From Cycas panzhihuaensis (lineage: Eukaryota; Plantae; Cycadophyta), in assembly GCA_023213395.1 (NCBI GenBank), contig CM041465.1:155131741-155195740 (forward strand): a stretch of 64,000 nucleotides of DNA, in the 5' to 3' direction. The position numbers were made by a program, and so were the translations under genes. Positions 13,236 through 26,775 of this stretch are shown piece after piece. Positions within the stretch are counted from its first letter, which is position 1. Each line of letters starts with the position of its first letter. The notes below the pieces were generated by a model. It was not told where the DNA came from and ran no database searches. It saw nothing but the letters and a program-made list of their open reading frames with translations.

Positions 13236-15274
13236 AATACTTAGTGTTTCCCAACGTTTGGGAATGGGACTTGGATGATCAGTTAGGCAAGGCAAGTGTA
13301 GGCATGTTTTTATCCTCGTTTCCATCTTTCATTGATATACATATTCAAATTATTTGGTAGATATGTGCTTGTTCACTTGCTTATTGATTGTGCCATATCT
13401 CACTATGCATGTTGATGATGATTAAGACTTTTATCCATGGCCCTAATATTTCTTGTAAGTGTTCTTAGGTTAGAAAATGGTACCTCCCCTAATGCATGTA
13501 GCCCATTCTTTTCTTTGAGTATTGTTCCTTTTGCTTATTTGGCCTCATTTTCACTCTCCTCTCACTGAGTGTTGATTAATTGATGCCTGTAGGATGCCCC
13601 CTTTAGCGGGTCTACCTATATGCATGAATGGAAGTTGAAGAAAGTGTGTCTATTACTATATGACTTTGTTTTCTACATTTATTAGTGATATTACAAAGTA
13701 TCTTGCAGTAACGTAAACATATTCATGGTACCATAAAACAATTTATGCTATGACTATCACCAACCTAGATTTAGGTTTAATAGTAATAGTCAACTTATTT
13801 AATAGGCAAATATCTTCAACCTGGCATACTGCATCAAACCCAAGTCATCTTGTGCCAATTTTAGAAGGCTAAACATGCCTCGAAAGTCTTATTTTTTAAA
13901 TTTTTTTCTTGATTTTTTCACTCCAAATCTCTCAAACCATGAGCATAGTTCATGGTTTCTAGTTGATAGTTTTCCTTACATTGTGGGCAAAAAACCACTA
14001 ACCCCTCACCTTAACTTTTTCTATAAAACCTCGCATTTTTCTTAGGGGAAGGGGGAGGAGACCATTTTACAAGAGATATACTATTTTCATGCTATCAAAA
14101 CTCTACTGGAGTTGCTAGCTTTTGGGAGCACTACTAGCCTTCATTGGAATAATTAGGACCACATACCCAAAATTGGTTGTAGAGGCCTTGAGGAAAAATT
14201 TCAGTTGCCATTAACCATCATTTTCCAAGCAAGGAATCAATAATCCACTCTTTGTTATTGAGGTAGTCACTTCTCTTCTTGTTTCATCTTGATTACACCA
14301 TGACGTATGAGTCTTAGATGGTTAGATGCTAGTTTGTTTCTTTTGTTGCATCTTCTCACATTCATATCTTGGATTGTGTCCTTTGTTGCTTAGTTTTTTT
14401 CTTGTTATTTTGCTTGTTTCTTTAGAACAGGTTTGCAAGCCAAGGGGAGGTTTCCTAAGTACAAATTAGAAAGCTAAATACACATGGGGATGGTGCCATT
14501 CTAAGGTCCCTCACCCTCCTTCACCATTTTGTTCACATGCTCAATAGCTTAGAGTTGATTCTTGTATGCTTTTGAGTTTATGTGATATTTTGCTCAGTTT
14601 CCATTAGGTAGAATATAGACATCATATATTGTTGTAGGAAAGGATAACTTGTGTGTAGGGGAGGAAGATAATTTTTAAGGCTTTGATCTAATACATTTAC
14701 TTGAGAATGTTTACAATCACTATCAACTTTGATTACACATCGTAGAGGTGAGTGGCAATCTCTTGAGTTTGTTACTTTCATGCTCTCTCTTTTCTCCTCA
14801 TAAGGGTATCTGATAAACAGAAACATTACTAGATTTCTCTCAGGGTTTAGTAAGTCTAGCCCTCTCCTCCTCCTCTATGCCAAGCATATGGTGATCATGG
14901 GTAGCCAGCTTCCACTTCATTGATATTCACTTTTTATAGGTATAAATTATGACCTATTTTGCCTCTTACAATATTCTTTTATCCACTTTCTCTTTTTAAT
15001 TAAAAAAAAAAAAAAGAAAAGAGAAGAAAATCATAGAGCAAGAGTAGGAGAAGAGAAAGAAGAAAAGAAAAAATAAGAAGAGAGAGGTGCATCTTGACTT
15101 GACCATTCCCTTTCCTTCTTTTCTTTCTCATATTTTCTCACTTCTGTCCCAAAAAAAAGAGAAAAAAGAAAAGAAAGTAAAAAAAAAAAAGGAAAAGTTT
15201 ATTTTACCCCCTTTTCATCCTTTCTTGAATTTTTCTTTTCTTGTTACTTTGCTTGCACTATGCCAACCTCTCAT

Positions 15275-15948
<674 letters not shown>

Positions 15949-16369
15949 TAATTCTTATATTACATTTATGAAAGCTTGAGCAAAGAGAGGCATCACACAA
16001 TTATGAGTCCCTAAACTTGTGCGGTGATATTGTTATTTCTAGTTAGGGCTATCTTTTTGTATTTATTGAATGAAAAAGAACGTAGATGCATATGTGTATT
16101 GATCCCTATTTCTTATAGATTACCATAGGTCCATAATATTGGAAACCTAGATCCCCTACATGCACATATGAACACTTGGGTTGCCCTAGGATAGTTGCAT
16201 CTTCATTGCCTAGAATTGCAAAACATATCATATATGCATCCAAGAGACACATGACCATCTTAAGCTAGGTTCTAGATTGCCTTCATCTTACAAACCTGCC
16301 ACCCATACCCTAGGCTTATTTCATTAGGTTTATTGTTTACACTCTATGCCCCACTTTAGCATGTTTCAC

Positions 16370-16387
16370 TGATGACCATATTGGGGA
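16370..16387 (+). promoter_or_regulatory. Primer binding site, tRNA-Arg type (decayed), copy A
   Basis: Resembles TGGCGAC..CACTGGGGA of Tat/Ogre elements and lies 1 nt after the LTR CA. Confidence 0.75.
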
Positions 16388-16689
16388 ACTTGCTAGTTGG
16401 AAGCTCCTTAGTATTGCTAGGCCCTTCCCATTCTTTCATTTTTGCTCTTACTTTCGATCGTGTCTCTCCTCTTATTTTTGCAAAGGCCTCTCACCTTTTG
16501 GCCATATTTACGTGATTCTTTAGGTATGCTAAAACCAATGAATATATTATATATCACATCGTTTATGTGGTTTTACCCCTTTGGAATCCTCCTCCATGTA
16601 CACCTCTATTGAATCAAGTGACTAAGAGTCACTAATGGAGAACTACCCTACTAGTTGGGCCAATGATCCATATGCTTAAGATTAGTCCC

Positions 16690-18400
16690 AAGCCAAGGCT
16701 TATTATCCCTATGAGGATACTATCCATGCCAGTGGAAATCCTTTCCATCAAATACCATCCTAATATGAGTCTCATCACAATGCTCCTCATTCTTATTGCT
16801 TGAGAGGCCTTACACTTATGACCATATCTCACATCTTGAGAATGCATCTAAATCATATCCCATCCACCTAGGTCATGATGGAGAGCCATCAGCCTCCCAA
16901 GACCTAAACCATACCCCTCTTAGGAATGCAGTCAAAGTGCTAAGGGAGTGCTTTGAATCCATCACTAGTTAACCTCGACTAAGGTGGCTATAATGGTTTC
17001 TTCTTAGTACCTCCTTAGCCACTTCTATTATTCCCCCACCCTTTTCCATTCAAATTCCACCTTTTAGTTTGTCTCATACTATTACTATTATGCCCTTACC
17101 CCCAAGCATGTTGGTGGAGAATGAACTAGTATAAGGTACAGACATCCCATAAGTAGGGGTAAATGCACCTCCCCTCTATACTCATATTCCCTCACTGACT
17201 AACCTTCACTTACCTCCTATACCCACCATACTTATGCAATCACATTACCCTAAGCAAGGAGCTTTACCCCCTACCTATCCACATATACATTCAATAGACC
17301 TAGCTTTGTATGTTCCCCTAGGATACACATTGCTACCCTGGGGCATGGGTTTCAAACCCCCTTCCTATGTATGGGGTAGATCTGCTGCACCCATATGGGA
17401 TAGACCCTCACATTGGGGGGGAATTTAGGTAAAACCCATTGCCCCCTCCTTCTTCCCAATTGATTCCACTATTTTCACATGGGTTTCCTCATCAACAGGG
17501 ACACTCCACCCTTCCCTATTCCACCCCTTATCCTCCTACTGCTCTTAGTGCCTCTTATGGTACCCAACCCCCTTACCTTCCATGCCTAAGAGGAGGACCA
17601 AGACATACTCAACCACCTCCTTATGGACCATATCCTTACAGGGGACCATACCCCCCCTCATATCAATCAGAAGGGCCCCCCTATACCCTTCCATTCTATT
17701 TGTCTTATTACTAGGGTCACACACCTTACCCTTATTTGGCTCACTCGCCCTATATGGATAGTGGGAGCCCCTGTAGGGGACACACTTATACTGCTACTGA
17801 CATGCTAGCCCAATTGGGGGTATGCTTGTTTGTTGACTATAGGTCAATCCCCCTTTCAATGGAGGCTTTACAAACCAATTTGCATATGCATCCCCCCGAA
17901 GTGCCTAAATTTGATGGCACTTTCTCCTAGGATCTAATTAATCATATTAGGGATTTTGCCATGGCATGCATCGATTATTGGGCCTATGACCATATACTAA
18001 TGAAACTATTTCTTTGGCCACTTTAAAGTGATGCCTTAAAATGGTTCTATTGGCTCCCATCCCATTTAATATCCACCTTCTAATAATTAGTTAAAACTTT
18101 TATTAACTATTTTGATGTGGCTCCACCCTTTGAAAGTGGGGTCAAGGATCTGCTTTCTCTAAAGCAAGGCCATGAAGAACTAAACCGAGACTTTTTGTGT
18201 TGGTTCCGTGACCTTCTCCATTCTTCCAAGGCCACATTCTTGGAAGAATTAAAGAGAGATATCTTTGTAAATGTGTTGTACCCTAAGGTGCATATGGAGG
18301 TCCTCAAAATAGAGGTAATCACTTGTAAGTTAGCCATAACTAAATGCTATTTTAGACTACCTAGAGGAAGGCATGTATAAGATAAGAGTGGGGATGAATC
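16690..18400 (+). pseudogene. gag remnant of copy A (Pro/Tyr-rich N-terminus plus retrotransposon gag domain)
   Basis: PPPYGPYPY repeats, then PPEVPKFDG, HIRDFAMACID, DALKWFY.LP and FINYFD; many stops. Confidence 0.85.
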
Positions 18401-20749
18401 AATGAGTATATCAATTCATAAGGCCAATGGTAATGAAATCTTAGCATACACGAGTAAAAGATGTCACACAATAGGAGAGTTTTCCCCCATGGCATGACAA
18501 GGTGGGTAACGTAGCCCAAACAAGATGCTTGGAAGCCTAAAACCCCTTGAATAAGGGATTCAATACCTCAAATATCTAGGGGGAAGAAGAGGCCCAATGG
18601 GCTCAGGGGTTGGTCACCATAGTTTTACCTCATTAGCAACTATCTTTTGGAGGTATAATTTTTGGGTTTTTAATGTTTTGTAAGTTTTTTGGATTTTGTT
18701 ATTTTATAAATATTTTTATTTTTGATTGTTTTATAATTTTTTTTTTTGTTATTTTGTTGATTTTATAATTTCTTTTTCTTTTTTTATAATAAAGGCTCAC
18801 ATGAAAGGGAATAACAACAAAGAAAATAAAGTATGTATAAATGTATAAGTTAGTTTATCATCATTTCAGAGCAATGTGATAGTTTTTAGGCTTTCGCCAG
18901 AGCACAAGAGGAAGCTTTAGTGACATGGCTTAGCTTCCACAAGGGGCTATTATAATCCCATGGTTTCCATCATAGTTCTTCCTCATTAGTAGGTTCCCCT
19001 TAGAGGTGAGGCTAGGGAGGATACCCCCTTCAAGAGAGGTACCTTAATAGGTGGTTGAATGGGCCTAAGGAGGGTCATTTACCAATGGTAGATAACACTC
19101 GATAATGAAGTTAACCAATCTATCCATTTTGGTGTTAAGTTCATGGGGGATATGGTGAATGTTGATAGAAGAGAATTGGGCCAAAAGGGACCTAAAAATC
19201 ATGGATGATAGTTTTGATTGAGGGTAAAATGAACGATAGACCTAGGTAAGCTAAGAGACAATAATCTAGGAGTTGCAACACAAAATAATAGAACTATGAT
19301 GAAAGTGGAGTGTGTCAGTTAGAGCCTCAATGACAAAAATACACTCAATCTCATTATTAGTAGCTTCATATAGATAAATCCCAAATCAAACAAAGGTATA
19401 CCTAGAGCGATCCTAGATGACCTAGGCAGTAGTAAAAGGCCTTAGATTCCTACAACTACCCCCCATCAGTATGAATGATCAATACCATGGGGATATATAA
19501 TGACTACCCAAGATAGAGTCACTAAATAATAGGAAGGTGTGGGAATCAACAATCATCAAAAAGAACATAGGCAAGCACAAGAATCTAATTAGGGTGATAA
19601 AATCTCTTTAGTCATCGAGAGTGGATACTAACTGAAACCAACAAACCTCCTCTAAAATCTACCTAAAGCAAGAGTTGTGCTAAGTGGAGTTCAATCATAA
19701 TCAAGACTGTAGTGGGTCCAAGTGACCATATTTGAACATCCCAAAATAGCCTAGATGGCTAGACCCAAGCTGCGTATCATAGATGAGGATGAGGTTATCA
19801 TATGCCTTACCCTAGGAGCAAAGTAAGTGATGGTAAATATCCCCTATTCAAAGTATAGCCATATATAAATTTTTTTTGGGTCTTTTCTTAAATATCTTCC
19901 TCTTTTTCTTTTTTTTTTAAGTAGCTTCAAGAGGGGATATATATGTAAGATCTTAAGTGGTGTGAGGCAGGTGCAATAATAGGCCAAATAATGAAGGAAC
20001 TAGGAGGTGAAGATTATTATATAGAGACTAGAGCAAAGCAATGGATATTAAAGATCAATCAATATTTCAATGCATATTCAAAATATATTACTTTAATCCA
20101 TATTTTCTTAAAGAGATTACAAGTTTATAAGATGGTGGTGTTGATTAACACTGGGGGTTTTGGCCCTAAGGATTAAATATACAGGAGGAGGGCAGGCACC
20201 CTCCTCAACTTGGAATTCAAAATAATATAAAATAATAAATTTACGTTAAAATAATACTTACCATCTTACCATTAAGGTGTGTGCAGCTTGCATACTCCCA
20301 AGGTGATGTTATGTGGTAAATATTAACCCTAACATTCTTCCCCTTAATATTCATCACATACATCTTCAACTTCTCTTTGAACTTGTGATACTTATACTTA
20401 AGAAAAGCTTTGAATACTTGTCCTTTAGATTTATCATCATCCTTGATGTGATTATCAACTTGCATTATTGTCCTTTCAGTAATGTGTGTCTCAAATGGTT
20501 TCTAAGTAGGTGTGGCTTGATTTGAATAAATAAGAGCGGTTTTATCAAGATCTTTATAATTGTGGTGAGTAGGAGTAACTTTATTAAGATCTTTGTCTTT
20601 TCCTTTAATTAGGTCCAAGGTACATACAACTTCATCAAATGCAACGTCAAAGCCATCACTAGTATATGTAACATTAGACATTTCAATAAAGTTCACCTAC
20701 TCTAACATCTGTCTCACATGAACAACATCATCAATGTAATTAGTAACAT

Positions 20750-21038
20750 TTAATTCTGAAGTATCTCTCTTATAAACTGATTTTAAGGTATCTCATGCAG
20801 ATTTGGAAGCAATCAACTCACTTATGTTAGAAAATACATTGTCATCTATTACACAAAACATTAGGACTAAGGCCTCATTATCTTTTTTCATATCTTCTTT
20901 AACATTTAGTTCATAACCTTCTTTTACAAACCTCTAAAGATCATTTGAAATAAAGTATGTTTCTATTATTTTATTCCATAACTGAAAATCATTTCCATCA
21001 AATATAGAAAAACTTATGTTACTTAGATTCATTACCAT
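20750..21038 (-). pseudogene. Copia gag N-terminal remnant in E1
   Basis: MVMNLSNISFSIFDGNDFQLWNKIIETYFISNDL*RFVKEGY...KKDNEALVLMFCVIDDNVFSNISELIASKSA*DTLKSVY, typical of Copia gag (F.G.NY..W...M...L...DLW..V..GY; AKEAWD.L...Y). Both stops fall at Trp positions. Confidence 0.88.
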
Positions 21039-22519
21039 TGTATAGGACTTTAATAAATCATCTAAACTGTATGGTTTTTAGTGAATAAATAAGAATCCTT
21101 TTAGCAACTTTGAGATTAACATGCAATGAACTTTCAACAAGATTCCTTCTCAGTCAATGAAAGAAAATAACTTAGTAGTAAAGAATATATATCCTTTCAA
21201 ATTGAAAATAACTAATGAATCTGCAATATGTAATAAATATCCTTTTCAGCAAGATAAATCTTCTCCTTTTGAATGAAGTAAACAAGTTTCAAATAAGTTA
21301 GAATACACCTTGCTACCATTAAATTCTTTTGAAGCAAACTAAATGCACCTTTTAAAAAGGAACCTTAATTGATCAATGAGGAGCTAAAAGATAATGTGCT
21401 TAACTATGAAAATATTAAGAATAAATGATACTATATGAGCTCCTTTTAAACTAAGGAAAAATGCAAGGTATACTTATAAAATGATCCTGAAACATGCTCC
21501 TTTGAATAAATGCTTTAAAGAGGCAAAAAAGACTTTGAATAAGTGAAAAATATGCCTTAAGAGAGATTTAAAAATAAATTTATAAGCTAAAATATAAAGT
21601 GACAGCTTTATAATGAAGTTATAAGGTGTTTGAGTATACCAGTTTGATGCTTTTGTTCCCAAAGGGGTTCCTTCTCTGTAGGAGGCCAATTAGGACTAAG
21701 TGACTACAAAAATCAATTGTGAGCCTCTAAAAATAGACATAAACCTATCAAGAATAACTTAGTAACTTAATATCAAGTAAATATACTAAATTAAATTAAA
21801 AATTACTTGAAATATTGAGAAATATGTCAAACTAAGTTCAAATAAGAGCCTAGAATTTACCAAATTTAAAAGCCTATAAAATAGTATAAGATTTTAGTAA
21901 AACCTATTCTAATATGTAGAGAATTGAATCACCTTTCTGGGGATCTAGCCATTTAAAAAATAGACTCCTAGATCACAAGATATAACAAAAATATCACAAT
22001 GACCTGTTTATGGAAAAAATATTAGAGGAGGGAGATTAAGCCCCTTTGACGAACTAGACCTTGGTCACGTGGGGGCCAAAAGGACCACCCACTAAGCTCC
22101 AAAGGTAGGCTCTGGATATCAAATTATATATAATATAATTAAATCTTTTAAAACCAAAATTTATAAAAAGCAACTAATAAAATTTTTAAGTCTGCCCTTT
22201 TCGAAAAGAAATACGGTCATATAGGCAGTGATAAGACCATTAGTTGGGGGCTCAAGGCTTACTGCTTAATACCTAGATTTTGAATAATATTTAAATTTAA
22301 TTAAATATTTTTTAAACTTTAGAAAAAAATAAATATTAATGAAACATACTTGAACATTAGCTAGTGCAAGACAGAGGGAAAAAATGTAACAAATCTGATC
22401 AAAATCAAACCAAATCGAGGGGGATCAAAGGGCATCTCGATTATACAAAGATCTTATGATTTAAATATATGAAAATTTATTTTAGGAAGAAACATAAAAG
22501 AAGGTGAAATACCAAACTG

Positions 22520-22674
22520 AATACCAGACAGGTAATATCCTTCTCTACAGGGGCAGCGCCTTATTGAAGCCCAGACTTAGCCAAATACATAGTGACAATT
22601 AGACCATTATGACCTCCTTCAATCACCAAAGCATCCCATTTCCTTTCAGTTAATGACTTGGTGCCTTTGCACAT
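22520..22674 (-). pseudogene. Captured host gene fragment: N-terminus of a PYROXD2/At5g49555-like FAD/NAD(P)-binding oxidoreductase
   Basis: 22674-22561 reads MCKGTKSLTERKWDALVIEGGHNGLIVTMYLAKSGLQ*, then GAA. Matches the recalled family N-terminus KKWDALVIGGGHNGLTAAAYLAR.GL...GGAAV (Rossmann GxGxxG; GAA is one G>A change from GGA). Confidence 0.82.
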
Positions 22675-22683
22675 GGCTCAATA

Positions 22684-22857
22684 GAGATCAAGTGTGAGTA
22701 AGCCATGTAGAAGGGGCACAATCATAAAGAGATGAAATTGGGAGATCAAGCATGAGTAGGCCATGCATACGAGGCCCAATCATAGAGAGTTGAAGCTCAG
22801 AGATCAGGCATGAGCAGGCCACATAGACGGGGCATTATCATAGAGAGTTGAAGCTAG
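22684..22857. repeat. Three tandem 58-bp repeats
   Basis: gagatca at 22684, 22742 and 22800; unit approximately GAGATCAAGCATGAGTAGGCCATGCAGACGGGGCACAATCATAGAGAGTTGAAGCTCA. Confidence 0.9.
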
Positions 22858-24870
22858 TTAAAGATTGTTGTAATATTTCTCTCTTATAGAATACAAAGAG
22901 GATGAGCCCTTTTAAAATGGTTTCCACCCAAATAAATCCAAGTATGGTCAAAGGGAAGTTATTTGTTTGATCATTTTTTATAGTTGTTGGTGGTGGAAGC
23001 TAGCACATATGCAAGAAAAAAAGAGAGTAGAATCAGACTGGAAGGACTAGGTTAGTTCTTGGAAATAGAAGTATCTAAGATATTATAACTATTAAGAGTA
23101 GGATCTGGTCACCATGCAGTTACAAGGAGTAGACTAGTCATAATGAAGGAGATTTAGGTGCTTTTCACATAAACCACACAAACAAAGGTCTGGCTAGAGC
23201 TTATGCCACAATAGTACAAAATAAAACATCATAGACAAAGCAAATTAATGATAAATCCCCCAATGGGATGCCGTTGTCTGCTAAATTGATAAGTGATCTT
23301 TCACCTCAAGTCATAAATTAAACTTCAAATCTTTTCAGGAGTAGACAATAGATACTCTTTCAAATTTCTTTAATACAACTGGCAGCACACATAACCTACT
23401 CTAATACCAAATGAAGATTATTATACAGAGATTAGAGAAAAGTAGTGAATATCAAAGATCAATCCATATTTTAGTGTATATTCAAAACATAGTACTTTAA
23501 TCCATATTTTCTCAAAGAGATTACAAGTTTACAAGATGGTGTTGTTGATTAACACCAAGGGTTTTGGCCCTAAGGACTAAATATGCAGGAGGAGGGTGGG
23601 ATCCCTCCTCAACCTGGAATTTAAAATAATATAAAATAATAAACTTATATTAAAATAATACTTACAAACTGATCATTAAGTCATATGTAACTTGTATATT
23701 CCTAAGGTGATGTTAGGTGGTGAATATTAACCCTAACAGGAAGAATGTCGTGGTAGCTACTTTTAATAGAATAGGTATTACATCATGAATTTTAAATGAA
23801 GAGGTTGAACTATAGGGTAGAAAGGACAAGTCATGTGACTATCTCAAGCATCATGAGTGGGATATGCATTAATCAAGGTCCTTTGGCATGTGGTCAAAGA
23901 GGATCAAGGCATCTACCATTACCATGGATATACGAGAATCTTTCTAAGTAACCTTACTCAAGTCATTGGTATACCTAGTAAAACATAGGTGAAATTATAA
24001 CAAATGGGAGAATATGCAAATGAGTGGAATATTATGAAACAAAAAGGAAACAGAGAGATGCAAAGACACCTAATACTCAGAGGTAAAAATAAACTTAAAG
24101 GGACCTAGGGCTGACAATATGGTCTAAAAGGTAAAAATGCTACCAAAATGCTGAGTTAAAAGTGCCAGAGAAATGACAGAATCAAATAGTAATATAGGTA
24201 GCGAGAAGTGAGGTATGGAGGGTCAAATGGTGCCTAACATATATAAGGCCTACATGGTCACTAAATCAAGAACCAAGAGAAAAATTGGGTCCTATAGACT
24301 ATAAACACCTATAGGAGATTAGGTAGGCACCTTGGGGGCAAACAGGCTTGCCCAGAGAAAGAGGGGGGTGTTACTAAAGCTAAAAAAGGAAAAAAAAAAG
24401 GCTAGACATAAAATGGGCCAATGGCTCAACGAAGGGGAAGAAGGGAGCCTGTAGGGGTAATAACTACAACAAAATTATAAAGGGAAAGGTAGGGCACTGA
24501 AAGTGTACTGAAACGAATGGGGAGGGTCCTTCTATATAAATATATTTCTTAAGAATTACGAATTCATTTTTACCATTACACATCATGATTCAAGAGAAAT
24601 ACCCTCTATGCCCATTATTTCCCTTATCTTCATGAGCTCATTGTGGGAGATCTAGTCATCAGATTGTCAAGTGGGAGGAGCCATAAGGACCATAATAGAG
24701 AGATGGCTTTAGTGCACCTAGACCTAGTAAGTGGATGTTTATTATTTTTACTATTTTTGTCTTTATTTATTTTTATATATTTTAGTAGTTGGGTTATACC
24801 TAAATAGATTAAAAAAAGTTAAACAGGGCTCTAACAAGCCCCGTTCTAGGCTGGGCCTAAGCATCTTGGT

Positions 24871-25511
24871 TATTGAGAAAACTAGGTCCCAATAACTAGA
24901 AATTGCCACCAAGATCTAAACTATTTTACAACTAGTTATAGGAATCAAAACTAAAAATTAACATGTAAGTTTTTAAACTAGAGATAATACAATAAATGAA
25001 TTAGAAAGCCAAATCATCACATGTACACCCAATATAGCATAGTATGCTAGGGAAATATCCACATAGGAAAGGTGTCGATATTAATTATCAAAGAATAGAG
25101 AAATTTACACAATCTTTAGTAGAATGCTCATAGCAACAACTAGTAGCCCAACTTCTCATAGTACATCTGATGCATCGAACACCATCAACATAATGAAGAA
25201 ACACCCTAAATTAGGCTATATGAGAGAGTCATAGAAGGCACAAATCTCAACCATCCAATCTAGGGTATTTTGAATGAACGACCCTAATTCTCTTTACAAT
25301 TTAATATGCTTTTTAGCACTAGCTTTTTGGGTCAGGGGCTACCACCCCTGAATCCTCTCTTTGTAGGGGGGTTCCAATGCCCTCCCGCATCCCCTGGCCG
25401 AGGGGGGCTCCTACCCCCCTTGGACCCCCCAGAGGAAGTTTGGGAGGGAAACCATACCATCACCCTGTCAATATTTTAACATCCAAAACATTATTATCAC
25501 ATTATCTAACA
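24871..25511. mobile_element. Solo LTR (641 bp) in the putative first intron of the PMD gene of B
   Basis: Termini TATTGAG (TG decayed)...CTAACA; TSD TTGGT (24866-24870) / TTAGT (25512-25516). Confidence 0.65.
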
Positions 25512-25599
25512 TTAGTGACTCGACCTTGATGGGCTAAGTATTAGGCTCAAAATTTTAATTTTTTTTAATTAGCTTAAGATTAGATTACAGTTACAAATT

Positions 25600-25715
25600 T
25601 TACAGTGCTATAAATATTATAGTGGTACTACAAACTATCTCATAGTATACCACATAGGAATATATGGTACTGCAAAGATATTTATGGTACTATAAATATA
25701 TTTATGGTATAAGTA
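25600..25715. repeat. Degenerate ~20-bp tandem repeats (TATGGTACTATAAATATATT-like)
   Basis: Repeated ggtac/agtac cores about 20 bp apart. Confidence 0.6.
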
Positions 25716-26775
25716 CTAAAAATAAAATATTAATATATTTTTATTTATTTATTTTTTGAATTAAGTTGTTAATTATTTACTAATATTTAATTATTTTAAG
25801 ATTCTAATGCAAAAATAAGAAATTATGATATAAGTTGTTATGGTAGTTAATAACCGTGAAAATATTAGGATACCCATATTTGGGCTTGTAGAGTTGATGA
25901 GTGCATAGGACTAGGAAGTCCTTTAGAGGTGCGGGCTTTTTTGGATCATAATAATGTGCCAATACACATCAGACTAGTCATTATTGATCGATATTATATC
26001 ATATTAGGACCATAGGAGGTAAGTTTTTCACCTACCAATGATATGGGATGTCACAATCACACCACAAGACGTGAGGAGGATACTAGGGGTGCCAGCATGA
26101 AGGGAACCTCTTGAGCTAGGTGTATTATTAAGTATAGAGGAGGTTCATAAGTTAGTTGCTTGGTTCTTTTATGGCTGAGGGTACTAGGATAAATGTGGTG
26201 GATTAATGAGGAGGATTTTGATGGTGGGGATTCTTTGTTTAAGGAAGATAATCACCTTCGCAATTATGTTTTGGATATCCTAGAGACAAAACTACCAAGA
26301 CATGCCTAGAGGGTGGATGGATGTCATTCGTAGGTATGAGGTGGGAGACAGGATAGATAGGGTAGCACTTACAAACATGAGAGCCTAGCTAGATCACATT
26401 AGAGCAACTAGTAGAGGAAGATTCTCCTATTGTTCAGTCTTACAGTGATAGTCTTTTAATCACTTCCATGGAGTAGGGCCGATTATAGAATTACAACTAG
26501 TGGCAGTGAGTGGGCCACTTCTTCATTAATGGCCCTCCTAATTTTGTAGACTAGGAGAGCCAAAGTAGATATGCCAGTTAGTGGACATGACTTCCTTATA
26601 ATTTCTGCCACTAGATGACAACATTAGGCATATTTATCAGGGTATCCACTGGGATAGTAGTGAGGAGGGCGATAAGGATATCACTAGGGGGGCTAGGGAT
26701 CAGTGTGGAGATGGTGACAAGGCTACTAACAAAGATAAGAAGGAGGAAGAGGAAGAGACTAAGGATAAGGGAGGT

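Larger units (their letters stand above)
20008..23738 (-). mobile_element. Non-autonomous gag-only Copia-like element E1 (TR-GAG-like), 3731 bp
   Basis: 327-bp LTRs 20008-20334 and 23412-23738. PBS complement ctctaatacca ~23399-23409. PPT complement ttcttcccctt at 20335. TSD GGAGG/GGAAG. No pol domains seen. Confidence 0.93.
19944..24580 (+). mobile_element. Orphan 3' LTR (~0.9 kb once E1 is removed) of an unclassified LTR element
   Basis: PPT-like aagagggga 19929-19937, termini TGTAA...TTACA, TATA-like ctatataaa ~24532. No partner LTR in the window. Confidence 0.5.

Noticed and set aside
17234-17714. Extensin or proline-rich cell-wall protein gene
   Set aside because: Lies between the PBS and the gag core and is mirrored in copy B; it is the gag N-terminus.
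18941-18970. PPT and start of a 3' LTR for copy A
   Set aside because: The sequence after aaggggcta does not align with LTR A or B beyond a few bases.
22684-22857. CRISPR-like array (also 31925-32011, 43985-44215)
   Set aside because: Contiguous degenerate tandem units without unique spacers, in a plant TE context with no cas genes.
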